A stretch of 64,000 nt of DNA from Verrucomicrobiota bacterium (GCA_046732875.1 JBKPOB010000038.1:41031-105030); one strand, 5' to 3'. Shown: positions 1-9,499, counted from the first letter of the stretch. Notes: generated from the sequence alone by a model not told the origin. Numbers and translations: made by a program.

Positions 1-96
1 CCATTGAGCACGGCTAACACGGCGAATCCAGCGCCCGTGCCAGGACCCGCGACAGGCGGCGCGTTTGCCGTGCTCGCTGCACCGACAGTGCCATGA
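1..96 (+). CDS. 3' end of an upstream ORF, product unknown, partial at window edge
   Basis: Frame 1 is open from base 1 to TGA at 94-96. That stop overlaps the ATG at 93 (ATGA), a translational-coupling geometry. Only 31 Ala/Pro/Thr-rich codons are visible. Confidence 0.3.
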   Translation, partial: PLSTANTANPAPVPGPATGGAFAVLAAPTVP

Positions 97-1823
97 CGCT
101 TGATTCTTCTAGGTTAGCGGTTCATGGGCTAATCAGAACGATGTTTCAATTCGTTCTGCTGCTAGCCGGGACTCTCACCGCAACCGCAGTGTGCACGGAG
201 AGCATCACAAGCGGCGACTGGTCAGGTCCTGTTGGAGTCCCTATGTCGTACCTGATCCAGGCAACCGGCAGTCCTCGCGAATACGACGCAACCAATTTGC
301 CCCCAGGCCTAACCGTTGATACGTCGACAGGCGTGATCTCCGGCACACCGACGACTGCTAACACGTACTCTGTTACTCTGAGGGTACGATATACCGGCTC
401 CTGCGGCTGGATTAGCAGGACAGTGACTTTCACAGTCAGTACTCCTGCTTTCGTCGGTTTCCGCTTACCAGACTTTCTAACCCCCCCAGGCGTCGGGTAT
501 ACCCCGCGCTTGATGCTAGAGATGGGGGCTAACGGTACGACCGTGACAGCAAATCGATTCAATGCGACGCTCGAGGTTGATGCGGGGAGCGGTACATGGG
601 TGCCTTATAATCACTTCGTCGGTATCACCGACACGAATCCCAATTACTCTTTTAGGGATAGCTGGATTGCCGATGCGGCTCTACCTGTCCGTGACTCCAG
701 CGGTCCTACTGGAGCTCCGCAAGCGTTCAGCAATGGTCAACTGACGCAATCTCCGCCAGCGGTTTATATGAAAGTCGATCCGCGTGCGACCCGCTTCGGC
801 ATCTTCCAGATGGACACCAACCCGACGACAAACTCCAGGATAGTGTTATCGCTGTGGCCTAGCGGCAGCGGCACAGTGCCTAATGGCTTTGGCGGCACGG
901 TTGGCACAAGCTTTCCTGGTCCCGTGGAACACGCGCCCAATCGTTTTGCTAACGCAGCTTATTACCCAGCTACTCTTTCTATCAACCCGCCCGGTGGTCT
1001 TCCAGATCCTCCACGAGACACAGCTGTTACAACTTATGCCGACAATGATGGTGTCATTCGACCAGCCGACGCGATCTATCCTGGGGGAGCTACCACGACC
1101 GGATCCTCAACACCTTACTATACAACTTCGACAAGTTATCATCCAATCATGTTAAATCGTCCACTTCGAAATGTGGCTGAACTAGGCTATGCATTTCGCG
1201 ATCTGCCTTGGAAAACACTAGACTTTTTCACAGACAAGAGTGCGGATGCTGGACTTCTAGATATCTTCACGATTAATGATGGCATTCAGGTCCTTGCCGG
1301 GCCGACTGACATTATTGGGATGACGATCCCCACAATTCTTGCCGGGCAAGTCAACCTAAATGCGACGCAGGCCCCTGATATTCAGTCGGTTTTGGCTGGA
1401 ACCATTTTGAACGAGCTGGATTCCACGAACACGGTCTCGAACACGGGGACGGGTGCGACGGCAGCGCCGGTCTTAGCGGCCAATATAGTGAATGCGACTT
1501 CAACGACTCCGATGCAGAATAAGTCGCAACTAGTAACTCGCGCTGGACTGCCAACGGCGATCCTTTCCGCAGCATCAAATGACAACCAAGCTGTTAAGAC
1601 CCGCCGCGAAGTTGTTCCACGAGCGCTCAGTTCTGTCTCACAAACCCGAGTGTGGAACTTAGTAATCGATGTGGTAGCCCAAACGGGTCGGTTCAAACCG
1701 AATGCGAATAATCTGCAAAACGATTTTGTCGTCGAAGGTGAGCAACACTACTGGGTGCACGTCGCGATCGATCGCTTTACCGGGCAAGTGATCGACAAGC
1801 AGATCGAAGTGGTGAACGAATAA
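93..1823 (+). CDS. Membrane-anchored/secreted protein with N-terminal putative Ig-like (cadherin-like 'LPPGLTVDTSTGVISGTPT') domain; function unknown
   Basis: 576-aa ORF. Hydrophobic N-terminal segment MFQFVLLLAGTLTATAV. The LPPGL..G.ISGTPT motif is typical of putative Ig/He_PIG domains. The rest is Thr/Pro/Asn/Gly-rich with no enzyme motif I recognise. Confidence 0.6.
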   Translation: MTLDSSRLAVHGLIRTMFQFVLLLAGTLTATAVCTESITSGDWSGPVGVPMSYLIQATGSPREYDATNLPPGLTVDTSTGVISGTPTTANTYSVTLRVRYTGSCGWISRTVTFTVSTPAFVGFRLPDFLTPPGVGYTPRLMLEMGANGTTVTANRFNATLEVDAGSGTWVPYNHFVGITDTNPNYSFRDSWIADAALPVRDSSGPTGAPQAFSNGQLTQSPPAVYMKVDPRATRFGIFQMDTNPTTNSRIVLSLWPSGSGTVPNGFGGTVGTSFPGPVEHAPNRFANAAYYPATLSINPPGGLPDPPRDTAVTTYADNDGVIRPADAIYPGGATTTGSSTPYYTTSTSYHPIMLNRPLRNVAELGYAFRDLPWKTLDFFTDKSADAGLLDIFTINDGIQVLAGPTDIIGMTIPTILAGQVNLNATQAPDIQSVLAGTILNELDSTNTVSNTGTGATAAPVLAANIVNATSTTPMQNKSQLVTRAGLPTAILSAASNDNQAVKTRREVVPRALSSVSQTRVWNLVIDVVAQTGRFKPNANNLQNDFVVEGEQHYWVHVAIDRFTGQVIDKQIEVVNE

Positions 1824-1852
1824 GCTGATAGTTGATGGTTGATAGCTGATTG
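1824..1852. repeat. Short GCTGATAG/GTTGAT motif array (same motif family as 28996-29072)
   Basis: gctgatagttgatggttgatagctgat lies directly after the TAA at 1821-1823. The same words (gctgatagttgatag) recur at 29011-29025. Confidence 0.5.
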
Positions 1853-1854
1853 CC

Positions 1855-1873
1855 GAGCCCGCTTCGGCGGCTC
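1855..1873 (+). terminator. Stable stem-loop with TTCG tetraloop after the 93..1823 gene (possible terminator, no T-tract)
   Basis: gagcccgc-ttcg-gcggctc forms a 7-bp stem with one bulged C. There is no downstream U-run, so an intrinsic-terminator role is uncertain. Confidence 0.3.
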
Positions 1874-2327
1874 ACAAGATCAGTAACCACCGGGCTACTG
1901 CCTGGTTGCAATCTTAACACCGATGCTCGGCTGGAAGCATTAAGGATCGTGAGAGTTTTTCGCCGCAACTGAAGTTTTCAGCTGCTAGGACTTGTGCTTG
2001 AAGGAGGGCTCACGATTATCATCAGACCCGGGCCGGTTGGGCGTTTGGGTTTCAGGTGCGTTTGTATTGTTGTGTTTGCCCGGTTGCACCACTCACTGAA
2101 TGGCGTATTCCACCCAAAACAAATTAATGCTCCAGCAACAACTATTTCAGCTAACAGTCGCATACTAAAGGCCACATTGGCAAAAGATCTTGGGCTAAAG
2201 CAATCTTAATCTTTTATCGAGCTGCTGTGATCGTCTGCCTTCGGTTAGAGCTTCCATCTTCACGAAAGCTTCGATGGGACTAGACGGCGGGATAAGCAGA
2301 CGGCTGGAGGGCTTCGTGCCCGGACGC

Positions 2328-2624
2328 CTACGACACGGTATGGGCTTCAACCAGGATCATGTTTGTCCTGGCTGTGCGGTGGCGCATTTTGCGCGGTTCG
2401 CGGTACTCTTCGCAGTTGAGCCATTCCTTGGCGCGTTGTGCAGATTCGAATTCGAGCACCACGATGCGCTTAGGTTTCCAGTCGCCCTCGAGCACTTCCG
2501 TTTTGCCGCCACGGACAATGTATTTGCCGCCGTACTTCTCCACGGTCGCAGCGGCGAGCTTCTTGTATTCTTCGTAGCCAACAGGATCGACGATGTCGAT
2601 TTCAACGATGATGTAGGCAGGCAT
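2328..2624 (-). CDS. DUF1330 domain protein
   Basis: 98 aa. MPAYIIVEIDIVDP..YEEYKK....KYGGKYIVRGG..EVLEGDW.P.RIVVLEF.S...A..W is the canonical DUF1330 pattern. Confidence 0.8.
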   Translation of the reverse strand: MPAYIIVEIDIVDPVGYEEYKKLAAATVEKYGGKYIVRGGKTEVLEGDWKPKRIVVLEFESAQRAKEWLNCEEYREPRKMRHRTARTNMILVEAHTVS

Positions 2625-2663
2625 GGTATGAGTGAAAGGTTAAATCGTGAAATCGTTGAAGCG

Positions 2664-3392
2664 TTAGTGGCCGTTGTGGCCACGGTCTTTGGCAGCTAAC
2701 TCGGGAATCTTCTTCCGGCGTCGCAGTCGCAACCAGTTGTTCCAGGTTTTGCGAAGGCTGTCGCGTGGGGTCTGATATTTTTGGGTCAATTCGTTGCTCT
2801 TTACAATCTGCGCGAGAATTCCTTTCGCAGAAAAATCGTCGGTGTTGACGATCGTGTAAGCCGTTCCAACGGCAGCCGCATGATGCGCGTCGCTGGCAGC
2901 AGTCATGGGCAGACCACGAATCTGCGCGTACTTGAAAGCGTAGCGGTTATAACGGCGAAGCGTGGTTGCTGCGTTAAAGACCTCGATGGCGTCAACCGGT
3001 AGCGTTTCCAAAGTGGAAAAACGAATCCCGGCGCGAAACAAGTCATAGGGATGCGGAGGAATGGCGAGGCCGCCGCGCTGGTGGATCATGTCGCAGACTT
3101 CGCGAGCCGGTTTTCCCTTCAGATAAGGAAGCTCCGCACCGATGCAGAGAAGATGACCATCGGCGGTCGTCACTTCCACTCCCGGGAGGATGAGAAAATC
3201 ATCGACTGGCAACCCGTCCAGGCGCATCAAGCCTTTTTGGAGCAAGTAATTGACCGCATCACACGTGTTGTGATCTGTGATAGCAATGCCATGCAAACCT
3301 TTGGCGCGCGCAGCTGCAATCAAGTCTTCCGGACTGGAGATGCCGTCCCCGGAAAAAAAAGAATGTGTGTGTAGGTCGATGTTGAATGACAT
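2664..3392 (-). CDS. PHP-domain metal-dependent phosphoesterase
   Basis: N-terminus IDLHTHSFFSGDG...GLHGIAITDHNT, plus later His/Asp motifs (SDAHH) typical of the PHP family. Confidence 0.8.
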   Translation of the reverse strand: MSFNIDLHTHSFFSGDGISSPEDLIAAARAKGLHGIAITDHNTCDAVNYLLQKGLMRLDGLPVDDFLILPGVEVTTADGHLLCIGAELPYLKGKPAREVCDMIHQRGGLAIPPHPYDLFRAGIRFSTLETLPVDAIEVFNAATTLRRYNRYAFKYAQIRGLPMTAASDAHHAAAVGTAYTIVNTDDFSAKGILAQIVKSNELTQKYQTPRDSLRKTWNNWLRLRRRKKIPELAAKDRGHNGH

Positions 3393-3404
3393 GGCTCAAA
3401 GAGC

Positions 3405-3514
3405 AGAGTAAGAAGTTAAACAAGTTAAATGATTAAAAAGTTGAGTTGTCGCAACGCCACAACACGCTGTTCCCGCCTTCCTTTTTAACATTGTAACTCT
3501 TTTGACCTTTTAAC
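3405..3514. repeat. Inverted arrays of GTTAAA-type words between the msbA-like stop and the PHP gene start
   Basis: Left arm: aagttaaacaagttaaatgattaaaaagttgagttg. Right arm: ctttttaacattgtaactcttttgaccttttaac. The arms are mutually reverse-complementary in word content. Coordinates are approximate. Confidence 0.5.
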
Positions 3515-3522
3515 AGTGGTCG

Positions 3523-5400
3523 CTAGACCAACTCTTCCACCGCAAAGGCTGGCTCACTAGCGGCTTCTTCCGGAATACGATTGAATTGGTGATCGTACAA
3601 CCGCCGATAGTAACCGGATTTTTGGAGAAGCTCCGCGTGTGTGCCAATCTCTTTAATGCGCCCGCCATCCATCACGATGATTTGATCGGCGGACAAAACC
3701 GTAGATAGCCGATGGGCGATGGCAATTACCGTACGGCCAGCCGCAAGCTCGGCCAGTGCCCTTTGAATTTGTTGTTCCGATTCTGAATCGAGCGATGACG
3801 TGGCTTCATCGAGCAAAAGGATTGGCGCGTTTTTCAACACCGCCCGTGCGATGGCAAGACGCTGTTGCTGGCCGCCGGAAAGAAGACATCCTTTATCGCC
3901 AATCACGGTTTGGTAGCCCTTCGGTTGGGCCAAAATAAAGTCGTGTGCATAGGCCGCTCGTGCTGCTTCGTGGACTTCTTCCGGCGTCGCGTCGAGCCGG
4001 CCGAACTGGATGTTGTTGAAGATTGTATCGTGAAACAGGAACGTCTCCTGAGTGACCAGCCCGATCTGTTCGCGCAATGATTTCTGGGTCACCGAGCGCA
4101 GATCGCGACCATCGATTTTTACGGCGCCGGAGGTTGGATCGTATAGGCGCAGAATCAGCGAGAGAATCGTGCTCTTCCCTGCCCCACTGGCGCCAACGAG
4201 GGCATGGGTTTTGCCGGACTCGAGATGCAAGGTCACATTGCTGATGGCATCGCTGGCGGTGTTTGCATAGCGGAACGTGACATTTTCAAAATCGATTCGT
4301 CCCTGCGACGACCGCAGTTCGATGGCGTTTGGCGTGTCTTGTATATTCGGCTTTGAATCGAGAATTGCGAAAATAGAAGTCGTAGCCGCGATGGAGCGCT
4401 GCATCACCAAATGGATCCTGCTAAGCGTTTTGATCGGGTCGTAGAGAATGAAAATCCCTGAAATCAATCCAAAAAATCGCCCGACGCTGAGGTTCGCCGC
4501 GTAAACGTAAAGCAACGCAATCCCCACCCCTATCGCAGCCATTGTCTCGACCAGCGGGCCGACAGCTTCCAATGACCGAATGATGCGCATCATCTGGGAA
4601 AACTGCACTTGATTACTGCGCTTGAATTCCTTTTCCTGGTGTGCCTCACGCGCAAATGACTTGATCACGCGAATGCCGGCGAACGTTTCCTGCATCGTTA
4701 CCACCATCTCCGCCATGCCAGCTTGTTCGTTCTGCACCGCCTTTTTCGCGCGTTGACCGTAAACGCGAAGCGGCAACAAACACGCCGGGAAAAGAATCAG
4801 GGTGACCAGGGTAAACTTCCAATCCATCACGAGAAGCACACTGATTGCGCCGATGATAGTGATCGGCTGCTTGAAGACATCGCTGCCGACGGTGCTCAAA
4901 GCCATCTGCATGACGCGGGTATTGTTCGTGATCAGCGACATCAAAAACCCGGAACGAGCCTTGTTAAAGAAATCCATCGAGTTGCGAACCATCTTGCTGA
5001 AAAGCTGGCTCCGGATATCACTCACCACCCTGTTGCTTACCCATTGCATGCAATACGTGCTTCCGAAGGAACAGAGACTGCGGACAGTCATGATCGCCGG
5101 GATGGCGAGGCAGATCAGGATGATTGAATTGATTTTTGGGCCCGTGTCGAGAACTCCAAGATTATGGCGCACGGCCATCGGATTGGGAGCGACGCCGTGG
5201 AAAATCGTGCTTGTTACGCGCGCAATCGCCAACGGAAAAAGCGAATTGACGCCGCCGTAGGCCAGACCCAGCGCCAAGCCCAGGATAAAGCGAGCCTTGT
5301 ACGGCTTGACATAACCGTAGAGCCGTCGGTACGCAGCCGGGGCTGCATATAGCGTTTGCCAGAAAGATTGCTTTTTCTTAGCCGCTTTTGCGCCGCTCAT
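3523..5400 (-). CDS. msbA: ABC transporter, fused permease/ATPase, MsbA-like lipid A/lipid exporter
   Basis: 625 aa. Six-TM ABC exporter N-domain plus Walker A GASGAGKST, signature LSGGQQQR and Walker B ILLLDEATS. Located next to LPS-core glycosyltransferases. Confidence 0.75.
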   Translation of the reverse strand: MSGAKAAKKKQSFWQTLYAAPAAYRRLYGYVKPYKARFILGLALGLAYGGVNSLFPLAIARVTSTIFHGVAPNPMAVRHNLGVLDTGPKINSIILICLAIPAIMTVRSLCSFGSTYCMQWVSNRVVSDIRSQLFSKMVRNSMDFFNKARSGFLMSLITNNTRVMQMALSTVGSDVFKQPITIIGAISVLLVMDWKFTLVTLILFPACLLPLRVYGQRAKKAVQNEQAGMAEMVVTMQETFAGIRVIKSFAREAHQEKEFKRSNQVQFSQMMRIIRSLEAVGPLVETMAAIGVGIALLYVYAANLSVGRFFGLISGIFILYDPIKTLSRIHLVMQRSIAATTSIFAILDSKPNIQDTPNAIELRSSQGRIDFENVTFRYANTASDAISNVTLHLESGKTHALVGASGAGKSTILSLILRLYDPTSGAVKIDGRDLRSVTQKSLREQIGLVTQETFLFHDTIFNNIQFGRLDATPEEVHEAARAAYAHDFILAQPKGYQTVIGDKGCLLSGGQQQRLAIARAVLKNAPILLLDEATSSLDSESEQQIQRALAELAAGRTVIAIAHRLSTVLSADQIIVMDGGRIKEIGTHAELLQKSGYYRRLYDHQFNRIPEEAASEPAFAVEELV

Positions 5401-5405
5401 GCCGT

Positions 5406-6413
5406 TCAGGCCGTCGCATGCTGCGACAGCAGGGAATCCATAGCACTAATCACGGCTTTCGTCGAGATTTGACTCATTGGAAGACGCGGCTGGACCGGGG
5501 AAAACTCAGTGACCGGCTCAGGTGTTTTCCCCTGCAGAATAAGTGCGGGACTTTCCCTCGGTCGCCAGTGAAAGGGATTTGTTGGCCCGAACAGGATCAC
5601 TTGGGGTGTATGTGCGGCAGCGGCGAGATGCACCGGAGCGGAATCGACGGTCACCAGAAGTCGCGCCTCGCTGATTAACGCCGCGAGGGTAAGCAAATCT
5701 GTCTTCCCAGAAAGATCGATAATCTTGGTCGCGTTCTTAATCGCGGCGACGTGCGCTTGCTCGTGCTTCGACGCTCCGCTGGTCAGAATGAGATCCAGAT
5801 CATTGTCTTGGCCGAAGCGTTCGATTACTCGCGCCCATCGCCCGGCTTCCCAAAGCTTTTCCTGGCGCGCCGAACCAGGGTGCAAAACAATGTAGGACTT
5901 GGCAACGTTCCAATTGCGTCGGAGCGCGTCGGCTTTTTCGTGCGCCGATTGGGGCAACTGCAAGTGCAGCGGAGAGGAAACATCCCCGATGCCGAGCGGT
6001 TCAAGCAAAGACAGGTTGTAATCGATTGTGTGCAGGTCGCGCATGCGGACGTTTACAAAATCAGAGTAAAGGCGGGCGCGACTTTTCGACTGATCGCGCA
6101 CCCGGTATGAGACGACGCGTTTGCGGGCTTTGGACAAGACCGCCAGAAATGCGGAGCGGTCATTTCGTGTGAAATCGATGCAGTAATCAAACTTCTTGCC
6201 TGCGACGGTTAGAAAGGTGGCGATATCGCTTAGACTGCGTCGCGCCATTAAAATGCGATCGACGCCTGAAATGGCTGGAAGCAGATCAGCGCATTCGCCG
6301 GAAGCAACCATCGTTATTTCTGCGTCTGGGAAACGTTCGCGCAATGCAGCTATCGCGGGAGTCGTCAGAATCAGATCGCCGATTCGCTTGAGTTGCAGGA
6401 GAAGAATTTTCAA
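5406..6413 (-). CDS. Glycosyltransferase family 9 (LPS heptosyltransferase-like)
   Basis: GT9 motifs: LKRIGDLILTTPA at the N-terminus and DSAPVHLAAA..TP.V.LFGPTNP near the C-terminus. The ORF track starts at 6452 (TTG). I prefer the TTG at 6413, which gives the canonical MKILLLQLKRIGD start and leaves the REP at 6425-6477 intergenic. Confidence 0.75.
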   Translation of the reverse strand: MKILLLQLKRIGDLILTTPAIAALRERFPDAEITMVASGECADLLPAISGVDRILMARRSLSDIATFLTVAGKKFDYCIDFTRNDRSAFLAVLSKARKRVVSYRVRDQSKSRARLYSDFVNVRMRDLHTIDYNLSLLEPLGIGDVSSPLHLQLPQSAHEKADALRRNWNVAKSYIVLHPGSARQEKLWEAGRWARVIERFGQDNDLDLILTSGASKHEQAHVAAIKNATKIIDLSGKTDLLTLAALISEARLLVTVDSAPVHLAAAAHTPQVILFGPTNPFHWRPRESPALILQGKTPEPVTEFSPVQPRLPMSQISTKAVISAMDSLLSQHATA

Positions 6414-6424
6414 GGGCTCAAAAC

Positions 6425-6477
6425 TGTAGCGGCGCTCCCCGAAATAGAACAATCGGCGGTTATTGACCGCCGCTACA
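6425..6477. repeat. REP-B element (TGTAGCGGCG...CGGCGGTTATTGACCGCCGCTACA)
   Basis: Hairpin cggcggt-tatt-gaccgccg flanked by inverted tgtagcggcg/cgccgctaca. Same family as 10768-10791 and 26146-26207. Confidence 0.6.
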
Positions 6478-6482
6478 AATAG

Positions 6483-7706
6483 TCATCGTGCCATTTTCAT
6501 GGCCATTTCGTATGCGCCGAGCAATCGCGTCCGAAAATGGTCCCACGTGAAATTTTCAACTACGCGACGTCTCGCGGCGCTGCCCATTTGCTGAACGATT
6601 TCAGGATGTCGATGCAGATGCTGCAAAGCCGCTGCGATTGCATCGACATTACCCGGCTTTACAATAATTCCTTCCACGCCGTCGCGCACCACATCGCCCG
6701 CTTCGCGCGTGGTGATTTGGGGCAGCGCGCATGCCGCGGCTTCGTATGTCACTTTGGCGCTTCCTTCCCATTGCGACGGAAAAACATGGATCGTGCCCTG
6801 ATTAAGATAATTCTCCGGGTCGGGCACAAATCCCACTACCCGGATGTTGTCGCGCCAGAATTGTTTGAGGAAAGGCTTTGCTTCATCGTGCACGTGGCCG
6901 ACCAACCACAGCTCCGCATCAGGAAGATTGAGGCGATGCCATGCCTCGAGCACGTGTTGGATGCCTTTGCGTTTGATCAGCGCGCCGGCAAAAACGGCAC
7001 GAAATTTTGCCGGCCGACCTCCCGGTTTGAATCGTTCCACGTCCACCCCGCGCGGCAGGTAAAACAGTTTTTCCTCCGGGAAACCACGGACGCGGAACGT
7101 GTTAGCCGCCCTCTCTGATAAAACAAGCAGAAGGTCAGCCAGTTGGTACTCCTCAATGAAACGCTTTCGTTCGAGCAACAGTCTGGCTTTCCATCTTTCA
7201 AGACCACGGCTCGTGGTTGTCGAGTCAGAAATTTTTCTGCGATCCACCTTGTTTTTGCCGCCGTCGCGATGCCAGGTCGGTATCTCAACGATCGAGGGAA
7301 TGCCGCGCAGTTTGGCTACTCGTAACGATCGCAAACAATCGCCCGACCAGCTATGAAACAAATCGTAACGACCAGTGGCGAGATGCCGCGACGCGATCCA
7401 ATCAAGGTACTTTTTTTTGGCGCCGTAGTAGTAGGGCCGATCGAAAAATGAGATGAGCCGCACCGGGTGCCAGCGCAAAGAATGAATCAATGAAGCAGGA
7501 ATTTCCTTCTGTCTGTTATCGTAAGCGATCGCTTTGCCCAGGAATCCTCCGCGAAAAGATGCACGCAGTGTCTCAAATGCATCTGTATCCAGACCGGAAC
7601 CCCCGATGCGGGCGAAAATGGAATAGAGTAAATGCTTGGGCAAAGTACGCGCTGCGGAAGAGGCGGAACGCAGCGGCGGAGGAGCGTTTAGGGTTTCACC
7701 CGGCAT
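6483..7706 (-). CDS. Glycosyltransferase family 4 (GT-B, RfaG/WaaG-like)
   Basis: C-terminal GT4 motifs: FAGALIKRKG, VFPSQWEGSAKVTYEAAACALPQITT. The ORF-track start at 8081 would overlap the divergent gene. The ATG at 7706 (MPGETL..., codon 126) is the first start that avoids this. Confidence 0.7.
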   Translation of the reverse strand: MPGETLNAPPPLRSASSAARTLPKHLLYSIFARIGGSGLDTDAFETLRASFRGGFLGKAIAYDNRQKEIPASLIHSLRWHPVRLISFFDRPYYYGAKKKYLDWIASRHLATGRYDLFHSWSGDCLRSLRVAKLRGIPSIVEIPTWHRDGGKNKVDRRKISDSTTTSRGLERWKARLLLERKRFIEEYQLADLLLVLSERAANTFRVRGFPEEKLFYLPRGVDVERFKPGGRPAKFRAVFAGALIKRKGIQHVLEAWHRLNLPDAELWLVGHVHDEAKPFLKQFWRDNIRVVGFVPDPENYLNQGTIHVFPSQWEGSAKVTYEAAACALPQITTREAGDVVRDGVEGIIVKPGNVDAIAAALQHLHRHPEIVQQMGSAARRRVVENFTWDHFRTRLLGAYEMAMKMAR

Positions 7707-7800
7707 CGGCTTAAAACTATTCTGGTGAACGTGAGGAGTGTAAAGTCCCCGAGCGAGCAAAGCCAGTCGAATAGACCTCGTCCGAAATGACAACAGGCAT

Positions 7801-8934
7801 ATGAGCAGGAATCTCAGTATCGTCTTTGTCAGGCGCGGATATTCGCGGACCGGCGGCGCGGAGACATACTTGAAACGACTCGCGCGTGGCGTGACCAAAT
7901 CCGGACATGACACGCAACTTGTGTCGACGAATGACTGGCCGGACGCCGAGTGGCCATTTGGATCGATCACGCGCATGCGCGCTAAATCACCGATTGAATT
8001 TGCCAGCGAGCTGGAGCGAATGCGTACCGAATTTCGCTGCGATGTCCTGTTCAGTCTTGAGCGGCTCTGGAGCTGCGACATTTATCGGGCTGGCGACGGA
8101 GTTCATCGCGCCTGGCTTGATCGCAGAAGAAAGTTCGAGCTGCCTCTGAAGCGATTTGTCCGGGATCTCAACCGGAAGCATCGCGATCTGTTACGCCTAG
8201 AACAATCGCTTTTTGCTAATCGCAACACCAAGCGGGTGATTGCCGCCTCACAAATGGTCAAAGATGAAATCGTTAATCTTTATCGGTATCCAGCAGACAA
8301 GATCGACATTGTTCGCAATGGTGTCCCACTTGAGAAATTCCGGTTCGATCCGGAGCTTCGCGAAAAGTCACGCGAGGAATTGAATTTAAAGGCAGACCAG
8401 ATCGCCTTGTTGTTTGCCGGCTCTGGGTGGGAGCGCAAGGGGCTGCTTTTCGCTATCGAGGCAGCAGCCCTTTGCGGGGACCGGAAGATGCGCTTGCTGG
8501 TTGCCGGTCGCGGAAATGCAAGGCTTTACAAAACGAAAAGCCTGCGCTTTTGGCGCGAGGAGCCCGTGCAATTTCTTGGTGAAGTTGCGAACATGCTGCG
8601 TGTTTACGCCGCTGCAGACATCTTTGTTTTGCCCACGATTTACGATCCATTTTCCAATGCCTGTCTGGAAGCGCTCGCTTGTGGTCTGCCTGTGATTACC
8701 ACGCGTTCCAACGGCTTTGGCGAAATTATCGAGAACGGAGTCCACGGATCAATTGTCGATCACCCAGGCGATCTCCTCGCTTTGCGCGATGCTATTCGCT
8801 TTTGGTGCGATCCGTCGCGTCGCGTCGCGGCGAGATCGACAAATACCCAACTCGCGGGCCAGTTCGATATTTCAAGAAACATCGAGGAGACGCTCGGGGA
8901 CCTGTACAGTGTTGCTAAACGAGAAACGGAATGA
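7801..8934 (+). CDS. Glycosyltransferase family 4 (LPS core-type)
   Basis: 377 aa. N-terminal GGAETY, then LLFAGSGWERKG, VLPTIYDPFSNACLEALACGLPVITT. Divergent from the other GT4. Confidence 0.8.
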   Translation: MSRNLSIVFVRRGYSRTGGAETYLKRLARGVTKSGHDTQLVSTNDWPDAEWPFGSITRMRAKSPIEFASELERMRTEFRCDVLFSLERLWSCDIYRAGDGVHRAWLDRRRKFELPLKRFVRDLNRKHRDLLRLEQSLFANRNTKRVIAASQMVKDEIVNLYRYPADKIDIVRNGVPLEKFRFDPELREKSREELNLKADQIALLFAGSGWERKGLLFAIEAAALCGDRKMRLLVAGRGNARLYKTKSLRFWREEPVQFLGEVANMLRVYAAADIFVLPTIYDPFSNACLEALACGLPVITTRSNGFGEIIENGVHGSIVDHPGDLLALRDAIRFWCDPSRRVAARSTNTQLAGQFDISRNIEETLGDLYSVAKRETE

Positions 8935-9499
8935 TGCGTTTTACTCTGCGCTGGTAAACGGCGTATTCGGCCGGAAAATGTTTTAGCATCAGATCCTCTT
9001 CGCGTTTGAGTTTCAGCCAGAAACTTACGAACACGAGCAATAAACCTAGGAACGCGCCGAAATACCCGATGGCGATAGCGGTGCCGGCAAACATAGCGAG
9101 GATGCCCGTGTAAATAGGATGACGCACAATGCGGTAAGGGCCGCGTTCAATGAGTTCGTGTTCTTCTTTCAGCGTGATCACGCCGCTCCAGTTTCTTCCG
9201 AGGATCGCTCTTGCCCAAATGGCAAACAAAAGGCCGCTCATGCACAGAAAGGCACCCATCCAGGCGCTTGCCGTTATATGGGGAACCACGAGCCAATCGA
9301 AGGGTGGCGGCAAACCGCTTGATTTGATCACCAAAAAATAACCTATCACGAGCACCAGCCAGTAGCGGGCTCGCTCGGCGCCGCTTTCGCGATAGATCGT
9401 GCGTTTGGTCGAGACGACTCCCAGCAACCAGACTACTACGAAGATTATCCAGCAAACACGAATGATGCCGAGGCCCGACAAATATGCGTGAACCTCCAT
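8915..9499 (-). CDS. Isoprenylcysteine carboxyl methyltransferase (ICMT)/phospholipid methyltransferase-family membrane protein
   Basis: Multi-TM protein with L.E.GPYRIVRHPIYTG, characteristic of the ICMT/PEMT family. Its 3' end overlaps the convergent GT4 gene by 20 nt. Confidence 0.7.
   Translation of the reverse strand: MEVHAYLSGLGIIRVCWIIFVVVWLLGVVSTKRTIYRESGAERARYWLVLVIGYFLVIKSSGLPPPFDWLVVPHITASAWMGAFLCMSGLLFAIWARAILGRNWSGVITLKEEHELIERGPYRIVRHPIYTGILAMFAGTAIAIGYFGAFLGLLLVFVSFWLKLKREEDLMLKHFPAEYAVYQRRVKRIIPFLV

Noticed and set aside
1978-2175. 65-aa minus-strand ORF with one TM helix
   Set aside because: It has a GTG start without an SD, overlaps an equally long antisense ORF, and I cannot see any conservation evidence. 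It is kept only as a remark under the 1824-2327 gap.
2274-2699. 141-aa plus-strand ORF
   Set aside because: It is antisense to the well-supported DUF1330 gene and to the 3' end of the PHP gene.
7707-8081. N-terminal extension of the GT4 ORF (ORF-track start 8081)
   Set aside because: It would overlap the divergent GT4 gene by ~280 nt. The extension is Arg/Ser-rich without GT-B features. The internal ATG at 7706 is preferred. Similar reasoning was applied to the extended starts at 15880 (lepA), 24608 (moaA), 28460, 41759 (htrA), 41479 (sucA), 45876, 49679 (yceI), 56213, 57831 (recQ), 58630 and 62017.
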